From Lingula anatina (taxonomy: Eukaryota; Animalia; Brachiopoda), in assembly GCA_051362555.1 (NCBI GenBank), contig CM120641.1:37640401-37704400 (forward strand): a stretch of 64,000 bases of DNA, given 5' to 3'. The notes beneath the pieces are model-generated. The model saw nothing but the letters and a program-made list of their open reading frames with translations, did no database searches and had not been told where the DNA came from. Positions 27,604 through 39,716 of this stretch are shown piece by piece; the first letter of the stretch is position 1, and each line of letters opens with the position of its first letter. The translations under genes and the position numbers were made by a program.

Positions 27604-30058
27604 CTAAGTGCCGTATTTCGCTCTAAGTTTTTCATCTAACATCTGCGACAGTGCACCACACAGTTCAAAGTGAAGCTGCTGGACCCTGGAAAACAAGAGG
27701 AAATGAACTGGATTCAAAGTTGAATAGGGCATTAATAAAACCTATGGATTTTACAGAGAATACGTACGGAAAATAATCCCGCATTTTGGAAACTTTCTAG
27801 CGACATTTCTAAAATTCAAATGTGTTGGAACGCAATGAAAAACTACAGGAACTAAATAGTTGCTCTTACCTGAACATTGAGTTGTCCATATGATCGAGAC
27901 TCGTGAGTAACGTGTCTAGCCAGATAAGATTTGTAGAGATATCTGAGACCACTGCAAAATCGTCATGACGTAGTGTATCTTCGAATTCTTGGACCATTTC
28001 GTGGAAATTTGAGTACTTACCCCTTCGCTGATGGAAGAAGGGGATAAGAATCATAAGTGATGATACTAAAGAGATTTCCTTTTTTACTCATCTACTTTAA
28101 CATAAGTTGTCACAAGACATACAGTATAAAACTTATGTTTGCATAAACGACTGAAATATGTTTCCAAAGAAAATATTAAAAAGGAAAACGTAAAAGAAAC
28201 GATAACCTCATCTCATATTATTCCTACTTTATACTACCTGTTTCTCCAGCATTTGTTTAACTTCATTGTGCTGACGTTGTAAAAGGAACTCTTTCTTGTG
28301 CTTCAGGGCAGCCTCTCTCTCGGCAAGCTGCTCTGCCTAATGCAAGTTTTTAATCAAGATTTTTTCATGTGAATCCTTCAGATTTCATTAATCTTTAATT
28401 CATTACACTGTTAATTACTATGTCAAATAAAAACTATCAGGCCAATTAAGGGGATAATAACTGCTCGTATGAGATCCATATTTCAAAATAAAAATATCAA
28501 AAAAATATAATAAATTCTATTTTACCACCAAAACGGAGATTATCGCAATTTTTCTGGAATCTGCGTCGTTGAAGATGATAATGCAAATAATTCAGTGGTC
28601 GCATTTTTTTCTTTGAAATTTCCGATATTTCTTCCATGCATATAGTGTCATATCTATTACTGCTGGTAATCAAACCAGCATGCAATTTTTTTAATACTAT
28701 GGGGTGTCTTTGAAGAAACACAACTCTAAACACAGAGCAAGGATCACGCTTTCATTTACCTACCGCGTAGTTTTCAGTCGCTTCACTGATATTCATAATG
28801 ATAACGCCAATCATTACATTAGAAAAAATGAAGTGCCCTAGGAAAATAAAAAAGATGGTGTAAATTCTGCTGCCATCCATGTTGTAGTTATCTAAACTTT
28901 CCTGGATATCTGTCCATCCGTCAACCTGGAATGTAGACGATCAAAATAATGATAACGACTTGTTGTGAGTGCGATCTTTTCTAGTAGATACAATTTTGCC
29001 ATATTTCTCAAATGAGTTTTACTTATGTAATTATACACACGTAGTGGGGATATTAGAGTTCACAGGAAAAGAGAGAGAGAGAGCGATGAAAACGATCACT
29101 TACGGTAACGTAGCTAAAAAGAGTAAGCATGGCTTTGTCCAGAGATCCCCAATTCTGTTTGTCTGCGTCGTCCTTGTATCCAAAGAAATAGTACCCCATT
29201 ATGCCAAACAGGAACATCAGAAGGAGCAGCAGTCCGACTACGTTCAACACAGATTTGCGTATGGTGTCCAAAAGAGCTGTTACCAAAACCTAACAAGTTG
29301 AAAAGAGAACAAATAGCAAATTTTCATTCCTTTTGATGCAAAGAGAAAATCAGGAAATGGCTATAGGAACCAAGACGCAACAACATTGAAATGAATACGC
29401 TTGTAAAAGTTCTTTTCTCTGAACATGATAGGCTAAGTAGGCCTATCACCTATTAAATGCCTTATGCAGAAAAACTAAATCTATACTACATAATTAAATA
29501 TAATAAATTAATTCATTATAAATATATTATAAATAAATTTAACAAAATAAATAATAAAATTCCAGCATACAATACCTGCAATCCTCTTATAAAAGATACT
29601 GTGCGCAGTGTTCGCAGAGTTCTCAGCGCCCTAAGTATACGTAAGGCCGCCAAGCCCGAGCCTCCTGCATTCATTAACACGAGTATAATCTGGACATAGG
29701 ATATCACCAAAACAGCAAAATCAAATAAGTTATAACTACTAAACCAGTAGCCTTTCGGCTCGGCATATAATTTCATTATAAACTCTATAGTATATACCGC
29801 TAAAAACAGTTCGTCTAGAATGTGAAACAAATCTTTGCCACTCTCTCGAATAGAAATGTCGGTCTCCAAAGCCATACACAAGGCATTACAAACGATTGTG
29901 AACATGATTATGAAGTTGAAGACTGAAGATTCGGTGACATCTCTAATAAAACGATGGAATTCTCTATCCCAGCGAGCACCGGTCTTTTTGGCCCATACGT
30001 CATCCTCAAGATCCACTTCAGGATCATTGAATACCTTGGCGAAATGTGCGAAAGACAT
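27604..30058 (-). CDS. CATSPER3: Cation channel sperm-associated protein 3, 6 coding exons, 389 aa: 30058-29576, 29289-29104, 28925-28764, 28336-28238, 28027-27870, 27685-27604
   Basis: Single 6-TM channel domain with S4 (LRILRALRTLRTLRTVSFIRGLQVLV), pore motif YVTVDGWTD typical of CatSper3, S6 (GHFIFSNVMIGVIIMNI) and a coiled-coil tail. GT-AG introns; 1170 nt in frame. Confidence 0.88.
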
Positions 30059-30138
30059 CTTGAGAACGACGCAGTTGGCAAGAAATGACATCAAAAGTGT
30101 TGCATACGTTACTCGCGCACGACGTGACAGTGTTAGTG

Positions 30139-30146
30139 TGACGTCA
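30139..30146. promoter_or_regulatory. Palindromic CRE (TGACGTCA) about 80 bp upstream of the CatSper3 ATG
   Basis: Exact 8-mer in a CpG-rich promoter-like stretch. Confidence 0.45.
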
Positions 30147-30318
30147 TTCCACATGCAGGTCGTGTAAACGGCATTGTAACAATTTCATTGAATTTTCGCT
30201 GGATAATTTTTAAAAACTTGCTGGACGTAATAAGAGATGAAACCAGGGAGGGTGGGCAACCGAAAGATATAGCGGATCCAGGCCCCACCTCCCTCCCAAG
30301 AAATTAGAAAAGGACACG

Positions 30319-30502
30319 TAGGCCCGTAGCCAGGGAGGGGGGTTCGGGGGGATTCGGGGGTTCGAAAGAACCACCCCTTTTGCTGGGAAAAGGTCCTCTC
30401 TGGGTAAAATTTAATCTAGGTAGCCTACATAAAGTTTTTATGGAAAAGGACCACTTTTTCAGAAAAAGAACCCCCCTTTTGAAATTGCTGGCTACGGGCC
30501 TG
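30319..30502. mobile_element. MITE (family A, copy 2, inverted relative to copy 1)
   Basis: TIR (T)AGGCCCGTAGCCAG...CTGGCTACGGGCCTG; ACACG on both flanks (5-bp TSD-like). Confidence 0.85.
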
Positions 30503-31005
30503 ACACGTAGATTAACACTAGGCTAGCTCGTCCGGTCTGTCAAGAGGTCCTGGTGCAGAGCAATTAGGCTAACGTTTCCCTCCCCTCACCTTAATACTGT
30601 AGCTATTCGTTAGAATATCGTTTGATTCACTGGAGGCTCAATTAATTTACAGATTAATAATCCGATGGAAAGACATTAATGGATCTAAAAGTAAAAGAAA
30701 ATAACCGAGAGTGGTATGATTGACCCCGATATGTAGGGAAATGAAAAGAAAAGGCCTAGCATATTCAAACTAACGCAAGTGGAAAAACCTGAGATCTATA
30801 AGACAAGCAATAACAGCTTTCGGGTATTGATTTGTTTTTCATTTGATTAAGAAGTGTTTTGTAAAGAACTGAACTAAGAATATGGTCGGTGTTGAATGAA
30901 AAACTTTCATAAACCAATGATAACCTACATTCACGGCCACTGGACAAACCAAGTGTTTTGTAAAGAAGACCACTGTAGGCCTACGATATGTTCTGTCTCA
31001 GAAGC

Positions 31006-31007
<2 letters not shown>

Positions 31008-31090
<83 letters not shown>
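31008..31090. repeat. (ATT)n microsatellite
   Basis: Directly visible. Confidence 0.95.
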
Positions 31091-31094
<4 letters not shown>

Positions 31095-31236
31095 AATCGG
31101 ATTGATAAATTGAGGATGAAAGGTGGCCTATATAGATAATGATAGGCGTAGATTAAATGATTAGTTATCCGTGTATTGTATCCCGACGAAAATAATATCG
31201 CTGACTGATGCAAAATGCCGACATAAAATATGCTCG

Positions 31237-31985
31237 TGTCAGCACACCCCGTGACAAATCTATATTTAGCCATACTACACAGCCAATCACGTCTCTCTTA
31301 AATGACGTCATCACCAGGTAGATGGAGTATAAGTCACCGTGTGTACCTGGATACTACAGACACCAAGATCAACCGTCTCGGGTGAAGACGTCGGGTTGGT
31401 TCTCCCCACTCCAGCATCCTCAAAATGACGGACTGGAAGTGGGTGTTGTCGTGTAACCAAATACCCACCCAAGTCATGTAGCTTACTTCGTCACGCCTGA
31501 AACATTCCTGTTTTGGGACTCACCCTGGCTTCTGGGATTCGTGCCGCAGCGGCCCCGCCATCACCTTACGGGTGCTAGGGGTTGGTTCGGATTTCCGGGG
31601 GCCTCCTCAACGCTGGGCTTTGACCCTTGGCTACTACAAGGGCCATGGGCAAATTTCTCAGTTTGGGGAGTTCTCTGGACCTCGACGTACTTGGCTGTGA
31701 GTAAGTATAATGTGAAGCCAGCATCAGTAACGATACAGGATGACATTGGCGTGGTCAGTGTCACTGAAGTAAGCAATACATGACTTGTGGTAAGTTTTTG
31801 GTATACGGTGGCACCCGTTCCCAGTCTCGACTGTATATGGATGAAAGCGTTTCTGTTAGCCTGGGGTCTCGGTCTGAACCAACTCGACTCTTTGGACTTT
31901 AAACTTGGACATAGCAGAGGTTTCTGTTATAGTTGTAATAAATTAGATCCATTATACACATGGTGCTTTAAAATAAGCCGTGACA
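31237..31985 (+). other. GC-rich LTR-like or structured-RNA element (CCAAT, CRE, TATA, multi-hairpin body, AATAAA, TGTCA...TGACA ends)
   Basis: CCAAT 31283, TGACGTCA 31303, TATAAG 31328, long-range stem 31470-31489/31766-31787, AATAAA 31937. No matching TSD was found, so the boundaries are uncertain. Confidence 0.4.
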
Positions 31986-33388
31986 AATCTATTACTGCCA
32001 GGTTATTCGACCAACATTATACTGGGAACTCGACTGACCCCCCCCCCCCCCCCCTTAAAGGTTTTGCGACAGTCCGTGAATGTTGATTAATGTCGCTACT
32101 GAATGTAACCAGCCTTGCCACTTGTAGTTTTTCACGCGCGTAATTTTTGGCTCATTCGATGAATTTTTTTTTCTGCAACACAAACTGGGAAGAGGGTTTA
32201 TGTTTGGAAATACCACCCATAGTATGCCCATAGAAGTACATGGTATGCCATTACCGATTGTAAGTATTAAAACTGTACCCAAGGTTCAGTTATCTGCCCT
32301 ACTCTTTTCACAACTTGGATATAACACTGATAGACAAGGACTGATAACAGTGCCTGCCCTTATCTCTATACTGGCAATATTTCAATCACTGCCAGATTCA
32401 CGAGCAGGTCAAGTTGGGTATTTTTTACACATAAACATTTGAAGTAATGTATTACTTCTGTCCAGTTTGTGATTACTTTTTTAACCTTGGACAAATAAAA
32501 CATGAAGATTGTGAAGATTGGCCATTCTAGAGTCCCCTGTTTACACAGGTTACATAAGGATTATGGTTTGTGATGCTGCTTTTATTGAAGGCACATATGT
32601 ATATGTAACTGGTTGTGTTAAATATTTATGTAAGGTGGGGAAGATGATTTTGTATTTGTTATTACCATAGGAAGCCACTGTAGTGTACACGTCTCATCTA
32701 CACTTCAATAACAAGGGGGATCATTTGGCTTCCTCTAGTTAGATATTGTAATTGACAGCAAAGTCCTCATGCAGTCAAGCCATCACATCAACTCAAAATG
32801 TAGCCCAAGCACTACTGTTCCAAATTAAAACAATTTGTCAGGGTTAATGATAATATTTCCATAATGCAAACCAGATTCCTACTTAGTTACAACTCACTTT
32901 TATTGACACAATCAACATGATTGTTATTCTATGCCTTCTCTAAATATAAAGCCTTACGTATATACACAGCACCAAGAATGTATTATATTCTTGATAACAC
33001 TGAGAGTGTGCTTATTACACATGATGTTATCCCAAGATTTCTCAGAATACAAATTATTATCACCTAAATAATGATAACCTTCTTTGCATAAATAACTGTG
33101 GAAGATGAAGATGAAAAGGTAACAAAATGTCACCCCTCCTCCTACACTGCATCAAATAAGCTGGGGGACCTTAAGTCACTGGAATGTAGTTTGATCAGTT
33201 TGTGGCAGTCCTTCATTAGTCCATTTTCAATAATATGCTGTTGTTCTGAGTATTATGAGTGTCTTAAAGAGTGTAAGGCAACAAGATCTAAGGTCTGCCC
33301 TTCCACATGGCGAGATCTTCTCTGCATCCAACCATAAGTTTGCTTGCTGCAGCAATTTTCAAGCAATAAAAATGAACCCATGCAAATG

Positions 33389-33734
33389 TCAGTCATCTTT
33401 CTTGTAGCATACCATTGCATCCACTTTGTGTATTGTGGTTGTAAAAGATCTCAGTCTCACTTCTTCTGAGTTTGAAATAAACTGTGGACCTGACTCTCCC
33501 CAACTGTCAGGTACATCTAAGTCTTTATCTGTGTAAACTAACAGGTCAAAGACACCTAGAAAAGAAAGAAGTATTTCTCTTTATAGAAGGATTTAATAAT
33601 GAAACTGTACTTGGAAAAAAATCTTATTTTCATTTTGTGCTTAAAACTATCCATCAAGCTAAGTTATACAAAATTATATCTTCTTTCAGTTTTCAGTGCT
33701 TCAACTGGCCTTCGGGGTCCGTTACACTAAGTCC

Positions 33735-33783
<49 letters not shown>

Positions 33784-36338
33784 TTCTATCCTTAAGAATC
33801 TCCATAAAGCTAATTTATTCATTTGAGTGTGGTGTTGGTGTACTTACATGCAGTCTCTAACAGTGGCAGGAAAGTGACTGTGGCTGTGATTTGACGGATT
33901 ACTGCACTTATTTCTTTGTTGATATCAGCTTCAGATTTCTCTCTTGGTTTTGCACTTGTAAAAAAGGAAACTGCTATTACTCTACAGTACAAAAATCTAT
34001 CCTCTTTTTTTTTTTACAAAATCAAATTTATTTATAGAAAAAGTTTCCTTCCTTTAATATAAAAATCAATATGACTGTAATTACTATATTGATGTTTTAT
34101 ACAAATATTTTATAAATAATTTCATAACATCTTCTCACTTAGTAAAATCAACAAAAAATTATCAAAGTACGATATTTGATATCTCTGACATATACTTCTT
34201 AAATCTTGAATAGTTCTATTAAAACATCTGAGTTAAATACTAAAGCAAAAGTGTGAACCAAGATATATCCATTTCACCCACCCAGGGTCCTTGGCAGATT
34301 TGTCACATTCGATATCAAACTGCCATCTCTCCAGCACCTCCGCTGTGTCCACACTCTTGATGACCACCACTAACTTTTGGACTGTCATACTGTAAAGCCA
34401 TTCTGAAACGAGAAGGACATGCAGTTTAGTTACAGGACATTTTAACTGGTTGAGAGCAAAGCAATTTCCTCAAAACTTACTGCCAAGGAGCATTATACGT
34501 GTACAAGAGAATAAAAATCATTCAATCAAATAGCGATAACAAGTTTTCTGTTTCCTTTTTTTTTTTTTTTTTTTTTTTGACGAATATACTGCAATGCTCC
34601 TCACATTCCAAGACTCTATCATGTTCAATTTTGAAACAGACAAAAAAATTGTGAATTGTCTTGTGAATTTCTCTGAAAACTGACCACTAGTTAGGCTCAA
34701 ACAGGATAAATACTAGTACAATCAAAATGATATAAACAAATAGCAGAGCTTTAATACATACAAATGCAGTTGGCCACCTTAAAAACAAAAATCAATATGG
34801 AAATATTGACACTAATATTGATTAAACCTCATATTTGGCTACTGTACATTAACTGTATCATTAAAAAAACAAGTAGGCAATATTAACTACAAACAATGTA
34901 ATGCATATCAATTATGACAAAATCCTATCTCATTGATTGTGAATATTTATTTTAGTTTTGACAAGAACAAGCAGTGTTCAAGGTCAAATACCAGTTCATT
35001 TATTGGAATGGACACATTTGTATCAATATCAATACCATAATAATAGTAATCAGATTTTCAGGCAGATGATATACATCTGTTGACTACACTCACCCGTGGA
35101 ATAATAAAAAGTATACTTAAAAAGGCAGAATTGCCTGTTGCTCTCTATTAAAGCTCTTGCCAGTACTGAATTAAATGAAATACTGTACCCCCCCCCCCCC
35201 CAAGTATACACATTACCTTTTATCTGTGCTAGCACCTCTGCTAAATATTTTTTGAGTGTGTCATCTGTTGTGACAAGTAGAGTGAGCCCATACTTTTGAC
35301 ATCTGCTGAAAGTCTCTGGTGGGTAAATGCCTCTCTGGTACAATATACTGTTGATGCCATAACCTGGGGATAACAAAAAAGACCTACGTATAGTACCATT
35401 CATTTTTTTTTGCAATTGTTCACACTGTTATAGGCCCTACCTCAAATGTGCTAGTTATTTTTTATTTATTTTTATATTTCCTAATCATTGTTTCCACTTT
35501 TGCCCAGTGTATCCATAATCTCAGTAAGATTTTTTTTTTTCATTGAGCACAGAGCGGTGTTTATTCTTAGTGTGAAGATGATAATATGCATCACAAGTAA
35601 GTCTTGTTAAAAACTAGTGAAAAGGATATACTTCAGAGAAAGATTGTTAAATTCCCAGTTTCTAACAATGGATGCCAAGAATGGAGAATAAAGGGATTTA
35701 GTAGCAGTAAGACCCCTGATGAATTAGGCCTTTGAGAATATGATGATGATGATAATAATGATCATAATTTTGACTTTTCAAAACTTCTTGAAATTTCCTG
35801 GTATATGAACGTGACAACACTGAAGAGCTAGATACACCTTTGCACGCAATCATCATTTCCCCCGTATGAACATCTCTAAAACCGAGCACCACTTCATCTT
35901 AGAAGTGCAATTTAATCGCGAGTCACTAAGTGGATATATAAGTGGTCTTAGTCTTAGCCACTTGTAACTAACAATATATTAAATGACATTAATTGCAGCG
36001 CTTCAACCAGGGGCATGCGTCACATTATGTGGAGAATATCAGTGGATCATTGTTATTACTTAGTCCCACCAGCCACATGTCATCTTACAATCAAACTCCA
36101 ATGCAAGCATTTAAAACGCGAGATATTCAATTTCAAGTGGAGCGGAGCCTCAACATTTGAGTGCATTTTCAAGGTTGTCATGTTTTTTCGCGACTGTATC
36201 AGTGATCAACTGCATGTGGATTATTATGCCAATTAGCAAGTCATCAAACAAAACGTTTAGCTTACTGAAAAACTCGGCAACAATATCGGTTGATCCTCTT
36301 AACGTGATCGCACTCTTTTGTGCTAGCTTCCCCGCCAT
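33389..36338 (-). CDS. MAD2L1: Mitotic spindle assembly checkpoint protein MAD2, 5 exons, 204 aa: 36338-36266, 35363-35217, 34402-34282, 33954-33848, 33555-33389
   Basis: ITLRGSTDIVAEFFSYGINSILYQRGIYPPETF, VLERWQFDIECD, IRQITATVTFLPLLE, W.ESGP..I.NSEEVRLRSFTTTIHKV: a HORMA-domain Mad2. 615 nt in frame; AATAAA on the minus strand at 32899-32904. Confidence 0.96.
33738..33778. repeat. (TA)n microsatellite
   Basis: Directly visible. Confidence 0.9.
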
Positions 36339-36341
36339 GTT

Positions 36342-36404
36342 TTTAAACGCTAGTAAGTGAAAGACAATCTAATTGGTTGAAAATAAAACGGGGCTTTCAA
36401 TTGG
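36342..36404 (-). promoter_or_regulatory. MAD2 promoter: two CCAAT boxes (36372-36376, 36400-36404) and a CHR-like TTTAAA (36342-36347)
   Basis: Motifs lie immediately upstream of the ATG; tandem NF-Y boxes plus CHR are typical of G2/M genes. Function is inferred. Confidence 0.4.
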
Positions 36405-37227
36405 TTATGTCTTATCTCACCTAACACACTCTTGAGCCCAACTACTGCAATTACCTAAATTTGTTCGTGTTCTAAAAATATATATCACCAGTTTTATGAG
36501 GCAAACCTTTTATATTTCTATTTTGTTTGATCCAAACATCTCGATAAGTGTTGTTCCTATTTTTTGAATATCTTAAGGAAAATAGGACTTGAGTGATCAA
36601 AACAAACAATTGGCGATACTCCAAATTGACCAATTATATCCGAATACAGGGTAACGGTTGTCAATTTTGTTTAATGGATAGGCCTAGTGACACTTTTCGA
36701 ATATATCCTAACCAACTATCGTTTATCATATTTCATTCCATTGAAATTGTTCTTGCATTTATAAAATAAAATGTGTCGGCCTTACATGGTTGATCATACA
36801 TAATCTGGAAAGCAAGCACTACGGACTGTGCACAGGAAACAGCTGGGTAGTGGGCAAGGAAAGTAGCCCTAACATCAAAAATTCATATTTTTAAGTGTAT
36901 AATGAAAAATCTAAAAATTGCTAAATAATTAAGAAGAAGATTAGACAAATATATATGAAATCAACAATGCTGATTAAAAAGCATATTGGTAATTCTTCAT
37001 GATTGAAAAATCCTATGCGAGATGCGTTTGGATATAATGTTTATACCAGTACCCTCTAAAGACAAAACGATGCAACAACTAAATTATAATGTGTATATGT
37101 TGTACTTTATTTAATTACATCACTTTTAGTACATGTTGATGGCCTTATGCATTTAAGCGTTACAGTTTCGGTAGCATTGGGATGAACTACATGTAGACAG
37201 TACGCATTTCTCAACAGTAAGAAGCCG

Positions 37228-37394
37228 GTGTGACAGGAATGGTAGTCCTAGGAATGGACGTTCGGGGTCTCCTATGATCAGCACAGGTTAGGGTTAGTCA
37301 GAGTATTAGGGGTTAGTATTTGGGACGAATGCCACCTGTACAAAGTAATGGGGAACGGACTACTGTTCCTAGCGGACTACCATTCCTGTCACAC
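37228..37394. mobile_element. Non-autonomous inverted-repeat element with internal GGTTAG repeats
   Basis: GTGTGACAGGAATGGTAGTCC...GGACTACCATTCCTGTCACAC 21-bp perfect inverted repeat, extending to TAGGAA/TTCCTA; superfamily not assigned. Confidence 0.7.
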
Positions 37395-38012
37395 GTTGCA
37401 CCTCAATGTCTCTGACTTTTGACCGATTTTTATTCAATAAACGTTCAATTTCTTTTGCTCCAAGATTAAGTAATTGCATTTCATTTTAAATGCTGTTTAC
37501 ATATTTTACATAATTAAGATTCAACCATTCGTTTACCAAATTATATGAAAAAATTAACAATTCACAACAAATCGCTTTTTTTAAGAAACACCAATCATTT
37601 TCTGTAACAGAAGCATTAGAGACCGTCGATATTCTGACAAAATGAAAATATTCTAGTTTTTATTTTGTAACAAAAATCTGGGTGGTCAATATCACTTCGT
37701 ATCGATATCTTTGCGATTTGAAACTTAGAGGTAAACACGATTTTAAAATTTGAATATGCCAGTTGTAAAGCTTGAACTTAGTACCGTGCTATTTCACCAA
37801 AATTTGAAATATGATTTATGACTACAAGGAGGCAATCTTAGAAATTAAGTCAAGTCGCGTGCCTTGCTCAGCGTTGAGGATGATCATATTAGCTTAATCT
37901 TTCACAACTGAAATGTAAACATGTTTTAAACACTGAACCGTTGGCCTGTTACACGACCATGGATACCATGGATACATGTCGTTTGCGGCAAGAGGTGGCG
38001 GTGTTGCTAAAA

Positions 38013-39682
38013 CTACTCATTTGGGTCCAAGCCACAGGGTCGAATGAACTCCTGACCTCTTTCGTGGAACCATAAATTTGAAACTGGAAAAAAGATAAAA
38101 TAAAGAAATGGAGAAATAAATGTTCTAATTCAACACTCTTATCCTCCTTTTACCAATGTATCCAAGGCATGATCTCTACATTTAAAATATTATTATTATT
38201 ATTATTATTTACTAATTTATTATTCTATTTATTTATCAATATACCTTTTGCACACTTTTGTAATAGAGTACATCCGTAACACTGTGCATAAATAATTTTT
38301 ATGCTACTTTGGCGAAGACACTTACCCCATTTCTGCCCTAAAAGAACAGGACAGGCCGCGTGCTTTGTTTGGAAATTGCTTTCACCATTTTTAAATAAGT
38401 TATACCAAAAAGCTGCACCTCCCTAAATCAAATATAGAAGAATTTGAATCAAATTGTTGCTTTTTTTTGTTCGAATTTCTGATTCTTTGATGAAACTGAA
38501 AACATTTAGCACATAATTTTATTTCATCTATTCATTAATTTTTTCATCTTATGTATTTATTTTCCTTCTTCCACTTTTTTTTTTTTTTGGGGGGGGGAGG
38601 GGTTACCTTATTAGGTGGGACTCTTACTCCAATGCGGACAAACGCTGTGGCGCCCCCAGCTTCAACGTCGCTCATCTAAATAAAATATACTGTATATGTG
38701 ACTAAAGTAAGTATGGATAAAGAGTAGACCTGAAAAATGATCCCTCTGATAGCCTTATTGTATCTAATTTTCGGTCTATATAAAAAAATGCAGTAACTCG
38801 CATAATCCTCTATAACACAAAAAGGTAAGTAATTTCTGAAGAAAGAAACTATCAAGCACAGTAAGGAGCAAATAATAGTGCATAGCTCCACGTGTTTAAA
38901 TTACATATGGTTCTGGTGTCCCTACTAAGGGTTAGCATTAGTTTACATGCAGTTTTGAGATACCATTACCCTGTGTGTTTCGACATTTTAAGGACAAAGC
39001 TTACAAAGTACTTACATAGTTTATCCAGGTTGCTATTCGATTCCCTCTGTATTCTTCAAATGCATCGTTATCTCCTTTCTTAGAATGAAAACAAAGGAAT
39101 GAAACAAAGAAACCATTTTCAAAATATAATGTAGAAATTGTAAATCACTGTTGCTCTCTGACACCTTTTAGATTTTACAAAGTGCTGGTAAAAGCCTTGA
39201 AACGCTGAGCACTAAATCTAACGTCACACAGTCCAAACATTTTGGATAAAATACTGACCTTAGCGCAATCTAGATGTAGTGCATAATAACCACCCAGTCC
39301 GTAATTGGCAACCTAAATGAGAAATTTTGTATCAACTGATTTAGTTAGGAAACAAAACTGATTCTTAAAACCTTGGGTTTAGAATACTAAAAAGCTAAGC
39401 TTAACAAATAAGAGCACACCTTAAATGATATTATAAAACTTAACCCTTGTGAGACATTAAAACTTTCGAAAGTCCAGTAGTGACCATGTCCGTGACGTGT
39501 TTTAGACTGACCTGTAATGCTTCTGCATTTTCTAGAGACAGTCCGGTCACATCTGATATCCTCCTGCGCACCCTCTCGATCATAGGGTCGTACGTATCAT
39601 CAAACCATGCGCTTTAAAAGTGAAGAGAAAATAAACGGAGAGAAATTACATGCAGACCCACATGCACGCACGCGCACACACA

Positions 39683-39716
<34 letters not shown>

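Noticed and set aside
31541-32086. ORFs of 71-99 aa within the structured element
   Set aside because: Non-ATG starts, no recognisable homology; expected by chance in GC-richer DNA.
37285-37300. CTAACCCTAAC on the minus strand, identical to the vertebrate telomerase RNA template
   Set aside because: It lies inside a 167-bp inverted-repeat element with other GGTTAG-like units; no pseudoknot or H/ACA context was seen.
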